Assembly: GCA_037441845.1 (NCBI GenBank)
Contig: JBBIRK010000002.1
Coordinates: forward strand, 160,001 to 224,000
Source: Candidatus Zixiibacteriota bacterium
Lineage (GTDB): Bacteria; Zixibacteria; MSB-5A5; UBA10806; 4484-95
Length of the DNA: 64,000 nt
Direction: 5' to 3'
Shown here: positions 48,694 through 57,690 of the stretch, one piece after another
Position numbering within the stretch: position 1 is the first letter of the stretch
Layout: each line of letters starts with the position of its first letter
The notes under the pieces: model-generated
Seen by the model: only the letters and a program-made list of their open reading frames with translations
Databases searched by the model: none
Told to the model about the DNA's origin: nothing
Program-made: the position numbers and the translations under genes

Positions 48694-49785
48694 TTACTCC
48701 AAAAACAAACGTGCGTTGTCGGCATGCTTGGCGGCTTCCGCCCGCTCGATTTTCCCCTCGGCCACCAGCGTCATCAGATGTTGATCCTTGGATTGCATAC
48801 CGACTTTGCCTCCCGATTGAATTATCGACGGTATTTGGTAGATCTTGTCTTCGCGGATCAGGTTCCTGATCGCGGTGGTGGCTATCATGATTTCGCAGGC
48901 CACCACCCGCCCGCTGTCCTTGCGCGGCATCAAAGTTTGCGCCACGACCGCCTGAACCGATTCGGCCAACATCGATCGCACCTGCGATTTCTGCTCGGCC
49001 GGAAACACGTCTATTATACGATCTATGGTTTTGGCCGCCGATGACGTATGTAGCGTCGTCAACACCAGATGGCCGGTCTCGGCCGCGGTAAGCGCCAAAC
49101 TCACCGTCTCCAGATCGCGCATCTCGCCCACCAGAATCACGTCGGGATCCTCGCGCAACGCCGCCCTCAATGCGTTGGCGAACGACAGCGTCGTCGAACC
49201 CAGCTCCCGCTGATTGATCAAGCTGTGACGCGACGTGTGGAAATATTCCACCGGGTCTTCGATCGTGATAATATGACATTCCTTATGCTGATTGATCCAA
49301 TCCACCATCGTGGCCAGCGATGTCGTCTTGCCGGAACCGGTAGGGCCGGTCAAAATCACCAGCCCGCGTTCGAGAAGCGACAATCGTTTCAAAACATCGG
49401 GCAACCCGAGTTCCTCGAAACTGCGGATTTCCGCAGGAATTACACGGTATGAACCCGCAATCCCCTGTATTTGGCGGAATACGTTGCAACGAAACCTGGT
49501 GTAATCGTCGATCTCCCGCGAAAAATCGACCTCGAATTGCGTTTCGAACCTCTGTTTGAGTTCGGGCGTCAGCGACTCGAAAACCAAACGCTTTATCTCC
49601 TCGCGACTGATCCCCTCCAGCTCGAGTTTCATCATCTTCCCGTCGAGCCGTATCATCGGCAACGACCCCTCCGAGAGATGCAAATCCGATGCGCCCTGCT
49701 GGCTGGTGAATTTCAGCAGATCGTCAATATGCAGATCCTTTATATTGGTCGATACCGCGCCTTTTGCCAAACCTATGTTATCCAA
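48694..49785 (-). CDS. pilT: Type IV pilus retraction ATPase PilT (copy 2)
   Basis: GASDLHL, GPTGSGKTTS, ALREDPDVILVGEMRDLET, AIRNLIRE. Confidence 0.95.
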   Translation of the reverse strand: MDNIGLAKGAVSTNIKDLHIDDLLKFTSQQGASDLHLSEGSLPMIRLDGKMMKLELEGISREEIKRLVFESLTPELKQRFETQFEVDFSREIDDYTRFRCNVFRQIQGIAGSYRVIPAEIRSFEELGLPDVLKRLSLLERGLVILTGPTGSGKTTSLATMVDWINQHKECHIITIEDPVEYFHTSRHSLINQRELGSTTLSFANALRAALREDPDVILVGEMRDLETVSLALTAAETGHLVLTTLHTSSAAKTIDRIIDVFPAEQKSQVRSMLAESVQAVVAQTLMPRKDSGRVVACEIMIATTAIRNLIREDKIYQIPSIIQSGGKVGMQSKDQHLMTLVAEGKIERAEAAKHADNARLFLE

Positions 49786-49833
49786 ATGACCTACCCGGTT
49801 AAATTTTTGATCGCCAACGCTGTTGCCGGAAAA

Positions 49834-50229
49834 TTAATCGATTCCGTAACCCGACCATTTGCCGGTGACGGTGTTGAATATCACCGTCTTGCCCGGACCA
49901 CCAGGCATCAATCCCGTCGATGTCGCCGTGATTCTTTGAATCCCGCGTCCACCGCCGACGATCGAAAAATTCCAGCGCTGCCTTGTAACCTCGTCGAGTT
50001 GTAACTGGGTCAGCTGATTGATATTCGTCGGCCAGTTGCCGGTGTTCGACTGGTAGACTTTGGCTGCCGCGTGAATCGCGCTTATCGCCTCCTGCGCCTC
50101 GGCCGCACGAGCGCTCTCAACATATCTCAGATATATCGGCACCGCTATCGCCGCCAAAATCGCCAAGATAACCACCACCACCAGCACTTCGACCAGGGTG
50201 AAACCGCGTTTGTTGCTGAATCTGCTCAC
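49834..50229 (-). CDS. pilA: Major type IVa pilin
   Basis: GTG start 50229 with AGGAGG SD; KRG|FTLVEVLVVVVILAILAAIAVPIY..Y...AR.AEA. Confidence 0.92.
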   Translation of the reverse strand: MSRFSNKRGFTLVEVLVVVVILAILAAIAVPIYLRYVESARAAEAQEAISAIHAAAKVYQSNTGNWPTNINQLTQLQLDEVTRQRWNFSIVGGGRGIQRITATSTGLMPGGPGKTVIFNTVTGKWSGYGID

Positions 50230-50321
50230 TTGATACCTCCTAAATGATTCAAAATAATTTATGCCTAACTCTATCGAAACGATCACGGGAAAAAAGTCAG
50301 CTCGATTTTCCCCGATCCATG

Positions 50322-50350
50322 AATATAATCCCTTGCCTCTCCATGGTCAA
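50322..50350 (-). promoter_or_regulatory. sigma70-type promoter upstream of pilA
   Basis: TTGACC-N17-TATATT. Confidence 0.55.
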
Positions 50351-50440
50351 CAGAAAAGCTTGTTTTATAATGGCTTGCTGAAAATCCATTCTCGCACATC
50401 TTCATTTAGAAACAAACCACACCCGCCCTTTGTTGCCGAA

Positions 50441-50456
50441 CGCAATAAATATGCCG
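50441..50456 (-). promoter_or_regulatory. sigma54 (-24/-12) promoter upstream of pilA
   Basis: CGGCAT-ATTTA-TTGC (GG-N10-GC). Confidence 0.6.
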
Positions 50457-50492
50457 CCGCACCTTGCCGCCGCAATTCAATACCACCTTGAA

Positions 50493-50505
50493 TATCAATA
50501 TGTTA
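50493..50505. promoter_or_regulatory. IHF-binding site
   Basis: TATCAATATGTTA matches WATCAANNNNTTR exactly and lies just upstream of the sigma54 site. Confidence 0.55.
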
Positions 50506-50725
50506 ATAAGAGGAGATAATAGCTGCCGGAAAAACCGATTCGGGAAATGTTATAAATTTCGGCACAATCGCAACGACTCGCGGAAATCCTTTGTCGTTCA
50601 TTCGATTGCCGAACCCACAAGTGTTATCCATCGTTTCAGAGTGGCATAAATTCATCACCCACAGGTTGCCGATTTGTAGTGCCTATACGCTTTTTTAAAC
50701 CAAACCCGTTAGCAATTTAATTCAA

Positions 50726-51310
50726 TTACTTCCCTTTGCTTTCAAGCTTCATTTCCGCCGGTTGTTCGAATTCAACTTGCTGCAATAAATTCGGCATCGG
50801 CACCGTCGGCTTTCCCGCCACCGAATCCCTGATCATCGAATCGGCGGCCGCTAAATCACGTTTCAAAATTTCCTCCGGAACCGGAAATCCGCCCAATTGA
50901 TCATCCGCGTTCTTGGCTTGATTCACCTTGATAAGCAACGCCCTATTGCTCGATCCCTGCCGGTTACCAGCCAGAGACCGCTCCGATGGCGGGCCGATCA
51001 TTATCAAAGTCAAACAGGCGGCCAACGCGAACGCGGTTCCCGATAACGTCAACGCGAACCGCCAGCCCGATAAACCCGCCGATGGACGAGCGCCGTTCTC
51101 GATCGCGCACAAAGTGCGGCTCACGAAATGCGGCCCGGGCTTCAGTTGTTCAAGCTCACCCGCCGTCTGGACGATCAACTTCATTTCGGCGGCCCTGGCC
51201 GAGCAACTCGGGCATTGCTTGAGATGTTGCTCTATTTCCGTCATCTCGGATTGCTCCAGGCCGTTATCAATGAACGCTGATAACCAGCGGCAAACCTTTC
51301 GACAGTTCAT
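50726..51310 (-). CDS. Zinc-binding anti-sigma factor (zf-HC2) with TM
   Basis: MNC......LSAFID..L......IEQHLKQCPSC (HxxxCxxC); TM; follows the ECF sigma. Confidence 0.88.
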   Translation of the reverse strand: MNCRKVCRWLSAFIDNGLEQSEMTEIEQHLKQCPSCSARAAEMKLIVQTAGELEQLKPGPHFVSRTLCAIENGARPSAGLSGWRFALTLSGTAFALAACLTLIMIGPPSERSLAGNRQGSSNRALLIKVNQAKNADDQLGGFPVPEEILKRDLAAADSMIRDSVAGKPTVPMPNLLQQVEFEQPAEMKLESKGK

Positions 51311-51863
51311 AGTTTAGCTCCTTATGTGGCAAAATCCTTTCTCTTAGCATCGCCCGCGCCCGGTTGATCCTCGATTTCACCGTTCCCACGGGTACCCGCA
51401 TTATTTCCGCTATTTCGTTATATGGAAGTCGCTCCACGTCGCACAATACGAATGCCATTCGATACTCTTCCGGCAACGACTTTATGGCTTTTTCCAATAT
51501 CGGTTTCAATTTCATCGGCTCGCCGTTGGTCCGATCCGGTATCTCCAGGTTCGTTTCCTCTTTCAAAAAATCCAAACTCATATACCGGCGAAGCTTTCTC
51601 CTGCGTAATTCCGATCGAACCAGATTCAAGGCGATCGTGAAAACCCAGGTCGAAAGCGCAAAATCGGGGCTGTAGCTTTTTCGTTGATTGTAAACCCGCA
51701 AGAACGTCTCTTGAAGAATATCCTCGGCGGTTTCCCTTTCGATAATTATCCTGGCGATGAAATTGAATAACCTGTCCTTATAGCGTTCCACGAATTCGAC
51801 GAACGCCTTTTGATCATCGGCCGCCACCCGACTGAACAGTTCCCGATCTTCCATTTTATCCAA
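51267..51863 (-). CDS. ECF RNA polymerase sigma factor
   Basis: AEDILQETFLRVY, STWVFTIALN, LPEEYR, YNEIAEIM.VPVGTVKSRINRAR. Confidence 0.93.
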   Translation of the reverse strand: MDKMEDRELFSRVAADDQKAFVEFVERYKDRLFNFIARIIIERETAEDILQETFLRVYNQRKSYSPDFALSTWVFTIALNLVRSELRRRKLRRYMSLDFLKEETNLEIPDRTNGEPMKLKPILEKAIKSLPEEYRMAFVLCDVERLPYNEIAEIMRVPVGTVKSRINRARAMLRERILPHKELNYELSKGLPLVISVH

Positions 51864-51885
51864 TCTGCACCTCGCTTATTGTCAG

Positions 51886-51915
51886 ATTATACACCCGACA
51901 CCGTAATTTGGTTCC
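51886..51915 (-). promoter_or_regulatory. Putative autoregulatory ECF promoter
   Basis: GGAACC-N16-TGTATA immediately upstream of the ECF gene. Confidence 0.5.
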
Positions 51916-52013
51916 GGCCCAAATAACCACTACGCCGAACTATATAATATCTGTCTATAACTTATTTTACCATGAATGGTTGAATCAAGATGCCGAAAAC
52001 CTCTCTCGGATTT

Positions 52014-52271
52014 TCAGCTGTGCTTTTTGGCCACGAGACTTACGCCTTGCGTCCGATTCGCATTTGAGGTGTGCGCCATCGGAACCTCGATTTTACCCGA
52101 TGTCGATCTATCCTCGACCTGGGGGACTTTACCTGTCGAATTCTTCTTCAGGGCGGCCTCGAATTTGCGGAATCTCTTTATTTGCTTATCGATTTTCTCG
52201 TTTATTTTAACCAATACCCAACAGATTATAATCATGCCGATCGCCAGAATGATAACCGTCAAATCCCCCAT
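52014..52271 (-). CDS. Small single-TM protein with coiled coil, unknown function
   Basis: Strong AAGGAGG SD; N-terminal TM then Lys-rich helix. Confidence 0.7.
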   Translation of the reverse strand: MGDLTVIILAIGMIIICWVLVKINEKIDKQIKRFRKFEAALKKNSTGKVPQVEDRSTSGKIEVPMAHTSNANRTQGVSLVAKKHS

Positions 52272-52292
52272 GGTTCCTCCTTTGCATTATAC

Positions 52293-52319
52293 ATATCGGC
52301 TGCAATCTTTAAGGCATTA
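52293..52319 (-). promoter_or_regulatory. sigma28-like promoter upstream of the 85-aa protein
   Basis: TAAT-N15-GCCGATAT. Confidence 0.45.
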
Positions 52320-53552
52320 ACGCAAAATACCGATTATTAAATCAACCGCCAGCACCATGATCAAGACCAAGGCGATCGGCGGCAATAACAGCCGATATAT
52401 GCCTTCGAAATCGGCCCCGAAATATTTTTTCGTCAAAACCAAACATAAATGAACCGGCGATGCCATTATCCCCATCAAGCCGCCGGCATAGGCAAGTATC
52501 GTTCCCGAGGCCTGTCCGCCCACGCTGTCGAACAGCGAAATAACCATCGGAAAACCGACGCCGACGTAGGCCGAAGTCATCCCGGTTAAAAGGCCGATAA
52601 GAAATGGCAAAGTTACGACCGCCAGATACGGCCCTATCGCCGTCGTCTGGAAATATGCCGATAGCTCGCCCGCGGAGCGCCCCATCGATATCACCTTGGC
52701 CAACGCCAGCGATCCGGTGAACAGGGCGATTATATCGAACGAAAACTCATTCTTGAAACTGCGCCAGATCCGCCCCGCCGAGGTAAAACCGAAAGCTATA
52801 AACACGATATAAACGATGACCAGCGGGATTATCAAATCTCCTTTGAACGCCAGTCCCAACCCGAAAATGGCGATTATAGGCCACAAGCAATGCCCCAGCC
52901 GCACCAAAAAACTCTTAAACCCAATCTCCGTATTTTTCACGCTCCCGAAATCGGGCGACATAAAGACGAAACCGATCAAGATGCTGCTTACGGTTATCGG
53001 AAAAGTCATGAGGCCGACCCGCCAAACCGTCGTATTCAGTATGGCGGCCGCCAGAATTACCGATTGATAGAGCGGCCAGATCGGCTCCCATATATGCCTC
53101 CACCAATAATTCGTCACCGTTTTCCGGGCCGCCGATATATCGAGATTCTTGCCCAATTCCTGTATTAACGGCGCCGAAACCATCGCCCCACCCGGCATCG
53201 GCAGAAGACCTATCAGCGCCGGCGCCGCCTTCGAAACCGCGTTCGGGCTGAGATACCCCCTCAAAGTATCCACCAACCTTCCCATATATCCCTCTAACGC
53301 CAACACCTCGCCGAACGTGACTATAAGTACGACGGTGGCGATAAAACGCCAGGTCATATCGTCGGTCAAAGTTAGAATGAATGGCGCAACCGCCTTATTC
53401 CCGATCCCGAACTCGATCAGCGAAAGGAAAATCGAAACCAAAAGCAGGCTGTATCCTATAGGAATTTTGATCCTGATCAGCAGGACAATCAGAAGAAAGC
53501 AAATTATCAGATTCACCGATCCGCAAGATACGATCGGTCCGGCGATAGTCAA
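52317..53552 (-). CDS. DUF401-family multi-TM permease
   Basis: PALIGLLPMPGGAMVSAP, NYWWRHIWE..WPLY, SPVHLCLVLT..YF. Start may be GTG 53516. Confidence 0.88.
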   Translation of the reverse strand: MTIAGPIVSCGSVNLIICFLLIVLLIRIKIPIGYSLLLVSIFLSLIEFGIGNKAVAPFILTLTDDMTWRFIATVVLIVTFGEVLALEGYMGRLVDTLRGYLSPNAVSKAAPALIGLLPMPGGAMVSAPLIQELGKNLDISAARKTVTNYWWRHIWEPIWPLYQSVILAAAILNTTVWRVGLMTFPITVSSILIGFVFMSPDFGSVKNTEIGFKSFLVRLGHCLWPIIAIFGLGLAFKGDLIIPLVIVYIVFIAFGFTSAGRIWRSFKNEFSFDIIALFTGSLALAKVISMGRSAGELSAYFQTTAIGPYLAVVTLPFLIGLLTGMTSAYVGVGFPMVISLFDSVGGQASGTILAYAGGLMGIMASPVHLCLVLTKKYFGADFEGIYRLLLPPIALVLIMVLAVDLIIGILR

Positions 53553-53593
53553 TAGCTAACTGTCCTGCCGGAAAAGTCAATCCACCGGGTCAC

Positions 53594-54871
53594 CTATATC
53601 CGATACGACAGCGAAAATTGAAATCTGCTCGATCTGTAAGCCGCGGTTAGCGGAACGTCCCGGTCGCCTTGATCAAGATATGCTCGATCGCGGGTCTCCC
53701 AGCGCCCGAAAGCGATACCCAAATCGGCTTTCAGATTTCGACTCAAAAGCAGCGAGGCTCCGCCGGTTATCGCCGACGGCTCATTACCGTTGGAAAGATA
53801 TGCGAAAGCCGACGGTTGATGGTTCACTCCGGCCCTCAGCGTAAGCCCCTTCTCCGGAAATGCGTATTCCACCCCCAGAGCGACAGAGACGACGTCTCGG
53901 TAATACTTTTTTACATCGCTGTTCGCCTGAAACCGATCGACTCCGCTTTTGTATTCGATTTGCGTAAAATCGGTATAATTCAGATCGGCGGCCAATAGCA
54001 GATTCCGATAATTGTAGGCCGCCCCGAAACCGAATCCGAACGGCATGACGAAACGATAGCGCCCGGTATCGTATGATCGATCGATATCACCGTTATACTC
54101 CTCGTATTCATCGAGCGCCTGCTCGACCGTCAAGGACGCAGGGAAACGGATCAGGACGCCCAAATGAAGCTCGTCACCCGCCGAATAGCTCAATCCGAAA
54201 CGTCCGGAGTATCCCGAATAGTTGTTATCGATCGCTCTACGGTAGCTGTAATAGTCTCCGTCCGACAGGCTGTCGAACCTGAACGCGTAATCGTCGGCTC
54301 CGTCGAATAAATCCAGAGCCAGCCCGAGCGACACCCGCGGCGAAACGTCGATCCCGAACCCGGCGCTGTAGGTGTATAGCCCGCCCCGGTCGTCCTCGCC
54401 ACCGCCGAATCCCGGTCCTCTCTGATCCAGCCACCAACCGGGTGAGCTTTCGAAACGGACGATTCTATTGAAATCATTGACACGGTTGATACCGACAGCC
54501 ATCGCCGCCGCGTTGTCTCTGCCGCCGATCGGGAACACCCCCCAGAGAGAGCTCAATACCGTGTTGCTGAATCGAAACTCATCGGACCTTACCGGGGGAG
54601 TTGATTCGAGGATGGATCTTTCCGACAGCCGCTGATAAATAAGCGAGGCGGAAAACTCGGCGCGCCCCGCACGCGACAGCAGTGCTGGATTATACCAAAG
54701 CGCCGACCCGTCATTGGCTGCGGCGATCTGCGCCCCTCCCATGCCCGCTGCTCGTGCGCCGATAAAACAGCCCCCCTCGGTTGCGATCTCATAAACCAGC
54801 TGCGGGTCGCTCCCCGTTTGCGCCCAACAAACGCCGGCAAAAGTCACGATCATGACGAGTATCTTCTTCAT
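53594..54871 (-). CDS. FadL/OmpP1-like outer membrane beta-barrel
   Basis: Signal peptide, GARAAGMGGA..A..D.SALWYNPA, alternating beta strands, C-terminal FSLSYRI. Confidence 0.8.
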   Translation of the reverse strand: MKKILVMIVTFAGVCWAQTGSDPQLVYEIATEGGCFIGARAAGMGGAQIAAANDGSALWYNPALLSRAGRAEFSASLIYQRLSERSILESTPPVRSDEFRFSNTVLSSLWGVFPIGGRDNAAAMAVGINRVNDFNRIVRFESSPGWWLDQRGPGFGGGEDDRGGLYTYSAGFGIDVSPRVSLGLALDLFDGADDYAFRFDSLSDGDYYSYRRAIDNNYSGYSGRFGLSYSAGDELHLGVLIRFPASLTVEQALDEYEEYNGDIDRSYDTGRYRFVMPFGFGFGAAYNYRNLLLAADLNYTDFTQIEYKSGVDRFQANSDVKKYYRDVVSVALGVEYAFPEKGLTLRAGVNHQPSAFAYLSNGNEPSAITGGASLLLSRNLKADLGIAFGRWETRDRAYLDQGDRDVPLTAAYRSSRFQFSLSYRI

Positions 54872-55037
54872 ATAATCTCCTTCATGAAAATATCCTAATT
54901 CAACTTGCTTTAACTTGCGCCGTAGTGATTCTCCCGTTTAGGCCTCGAACTCGAATCCTACGCGGCCGGCTGGAACCGCCCCCATATGATCGGAATCATG
55001 ATTTTGAAAATGGAAACGTCGATCGCGGACGGAATCG

Positions 55038-55895
55038 TCAGTCCACGAAAAATTGCAGGTAGGTAAGCCGAATTTCCCGGTCGATCGAGCCGCTTCCTTC
55101 GGTCGGCGATTGCTTGCGGTTCAGTAGCATATTGCGGAAATCGAGTTCGAGACATAACTCCGGGGTTATGTACCAACCGAGTCCGAAATTCAGATAGCCC
55201 CGTCCCAAACCGAATATCCCCAGCCTTCGATTATCGTTTAGAGCGAAATCGTATTCACCCAAGAACACCAGATCGTATCCGAGCACGGCGTCCATGCCCC
55301 AAAAAAGATTCGGATCGCTGTCGGCGCCGTTTTCCAGCGAATAATTGAGCCCGCCGTGCAGCCCGAAATCGCCGCCCTGAACATCGTATCGCTTGGACAT
55401 CGCCAAATAAAACCCGGGCGATTTCACCAGGTAGCGATCCTCATGATAGCCCCGAATCGTATCCTCTTTCACGAACAGCCCGTATCCGTAAGAACTGTAT
55501 CCGACCGCCAGTGATGGGAAAAATTCGTATTCGCGCTCGTCAGCCAGCAAGAATCGAAACATGAACTCGATCCTCGAATTCCATTCGGGAATGTCTTCGG
55601 AAAGCACCGCCCCACCCGAATAGCCGATACCCACCGAGAAACGCCGAGCCAGGCCGATATTCAACGCCGCCTGCACGCCCCCCGATGGAAACGTCTTGAA
55701 ATCTATATCGAACGATCCGCGCGGTAACATGCTGGCGGTGGGTGTATCTATCAACCATCTATGGTCGGAGTGGGCGGAGGGTATCTTTAGCCGCTTCTGC
55801 GGCGGAGATACTCTATCTTGCTTGCCGGCGGGCGCTTGTCCGAAAACGGGAACCGCCAAAAACGCCAAAATGAACAGTAATCTCACAATCATCAT
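55038..55895 (-). CDS. YjbH-like outer membrane beta-barrel protein
   Basis: Signal peptide, LIDTPTA.MLPRG, GYLNFGLGW, REIRLTY..F. Start placed at ATG 55895. Confidence 0.65.
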   Translation of the reverse strand: MMIVRLLFILAFLAVPVFGQAPAGKQDRVSPPQKRLKIPSAHSDHRWLIDTPTASMLPRGSFDIDFKTFPSGGVQAALNIGLARRFSVGIGYSGGAVLSEDIPEWNSRIEFMFRFLLADEREYEFFPSLAVGYSSYGYGLFVKEDTIRGYHEDRYLVKSPGFYLAMSKRYDVQGGDFGLHGGLNYSLENGADSDPNLFWGMDAVLGYDLVFLGEYDFALNDNRRLGIFGLGRGYLNFGLGWYITPELCLELDFRNMLLNRKQSPTEGSGSIDREIRLTYLQFFVD

Positions 55896-55986
55896 AACTC
55901 GAACGGAGTTTAGCACACCCGGCCGACCATGTCAAATGATTTGGCGACAAACCGGTCTTGTTGTCAAAGAACCATGCCGACCTAAT

Positions 55987-56002
55987 TGCAAATCCGATGC
56001 CG
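55987..56002 (-). promoter_or_regulatory. sigma54 promoter upstream of the YjbH-like OMP
   Basis: CGGCAT-CGGAT-TTGCA (GG-N10-GC). Confidence 0.6.
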
Positions 56003-56117
56003 CCCTGATTCGATTCACTAAGAGCAAGTTATGTTTCATATTATACGATAAATTGAAATTTCCGCAGTTGATCGACTGCACAATAACGGTGCCCCCGCGC
56101 CTGTCGCCGCACAAAAT

Positions 56118-56846
56118 TCAGCCGTTTTTCCACCTTCGGAAAACCTCCTCGAGAAACGATAACACTCTCCGGCAAACGTCGTCGAAATAAGCCTCCGCCC
56201 GCTTCACGTCGAAATCCAACTTCCCCGTATTTTCTTTATAGGTCAGTATCGTCGATGGTATCGGATATATATTCGCACCGGCGTTGACCAGATAAATCAT
56301 CGCCTCGTCGTAGTCGGCTTGCTTCACCTTGTCCGGCGCAGTCGCCAGAATGGCGGCCGTCTCGTCCACCGCCGCATGTCCTCCTTCGCTCTTATAATGT
56401 TCGAGCACGATATCCTGACAGAGAATCCACCAGTGCACAACCGCAATGCGCGCCCCTGTCGCCTGATGGACCCGCAGAGCCGCGCTTTTCAATTCATCGA
56501 GCTGACCGCCATGGCCGTTGATAATGGCGATCCGGTTTATCTTCTTCGAAACGATCGAGCTCAAAATCTCCCCCACATATGCCTCGAATGTAGCCGAGGT
56601 AACCGTCAACGACCCGGGATAAGCCCCCAGCGAACGAGTAATCCCGTAGCTTATGGTAGGCGCGATTATGGCGTTCAAGGAGGGTGCAATCGCGCGGGCG
56701 ATCGCCTCGGGAATCAGGTTGTCGGTGCCCAATGGAGTGATTCCATGCGCTTCGATCGTTCCCACGGGCAAAAGCGCGGTGTCCAATCCTTTTTGCAGAA
56801 GACGATCGAAATCTTTCCACGTCAAATCCTGCCAGTATGTAACCAT
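56118..56846 (-). CDS. Creatininase-family amidohydrolase
   Basis: LPVGTIEAHG..PLGTD, INGHGG, GHA..DET. Confidence 0.9.
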   Translation of the reverse strand: MVTYWQDLTWKDFDRLLQKGLDTALLPVGTIEAHGITPLGTDNLIPEAIARAIAPSLNAIIAPTISYGITRSLGAYPGSLTVTSATFEAYVGEILSSIVSKKINRIAIINGHGGQLDELKSAALRVHQATGARIAVVHWWILCQDIVLEHYKSEGGHAAVDETAAILATAPDKVKQADYDEAMIYLVNAGANIYPIPSTILTYKENTGKLDFDVKRAEAYFDDVCRRVLSFLEEVFRRWKNG

Positions 56847-56901
56847 GAGTTTCCTCCTTCGTGAATCGGCAACCGATCGAAACCCGGCGGACCCACCCGA
56901 T

Positions 56902-57690
56902 TCAAGACTTCTCCGCGACCGCCGTATTGGTCAAATTTCCGATTTTTTCTATCACCACTTCCACCCGGTCTCCATCTTTCAGCGGTCCGACCCCTTTCGG
57001 AGTGCCGGTGGCGATTATGTCGCCCGGATAAAGCGTCATCACCTGCGATATAAAACTGATTATCTCCGCCGGCTTCCGCAGCATCATGGCGGTATCGGAT
57101 TTTTGGACGCAGCGGCCGTTAAGTCGAGTTTCCAGCTCGAGCGATGACGGGTCGATATTCCTGACGATATGCGGCCCGACTGGACAAAAGGTATCGAACC
57201 CTTTAGCCCGAGTCCATTGATTGTCTTTTTTCTGCATATTTCTGGCCGTCACGTCGTTAATGCAAGTGTATCCGAAAACCCCCTCCATCGCTTCCTCCGG
57301 CTTGACATAACGCATCCGCCGGCCGATCACGATCCCCAGTTCGCCCTCGTAATCGACTCGATCCACCCACGACGGCAGAATTATTTTGTCCCGATGCCCG
57401 ATCAGCGCGCTGGGCGGCTTGAAAAACAACACCGGCTCTTCGGGTATCGACGGCAGCGTGCTTTCGGAGGCGTGTTCGACATAATTGAGCCCGACACAAA
57501 TTATTTTCTGAGGATTGCAAGGCGGAAGATATTTGATATTCCGGCTGTCGTATGGTTTTTTGCCGATTATGAACGAATCGAAAATATCCCCTTTCACGGC
57601 ATAGACCCGGCCGTCATACCAGCAGCCGGCGCCGCAATAATCCTCGGCCTCGAACCGCAAAAAACAATTTATCTCACCCGCTTTAACCAT
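56902..57690 (-). CDS. Fumarylacetoacetate hydrolase family protein
   Basis: KIICVGLNY.EH, FFKPPSA, DYEGEL, NDVTAR, AKGFDTFCP.GP, ATGTPKGVG. Confidence 0.93.
   Translation of the reverse strand: MVKAGEINCFLRFEAEDYCGAGCWYDGRVYAVKGDIFDSFIIGKKPYDSRNIKYLPPCNPQKIICVGLNYVEHASESTLPSIPEEPVLFFKPPSALIGHRDKIILPSWVDRVDYEGELGIVIGRRMRYVKPEEAMEGVFGYTCINDVTARNMQKKDNQWTRAKGFDTFCPVGPHIVRNIDPSSLELETRLNGRCVQKSDTAMMLRKPAEIISFISQVMTLYPGDIIATGTPKGVGPLKDGDRVEVVIEKIGNLTNTAVAEKS

Noticed and set aside
48692..49279. Long N-terminal extension of the PilV-like ORF (337-aa call)
   Set aside because: Overlaps pilT in another frame; the prepilin motif and SD support TTG 48691
55964..55980. Second CGGCAT element near the YjbH-like gene
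   Set aside because: Reads GG-N10-TG and lacks the -12 GC
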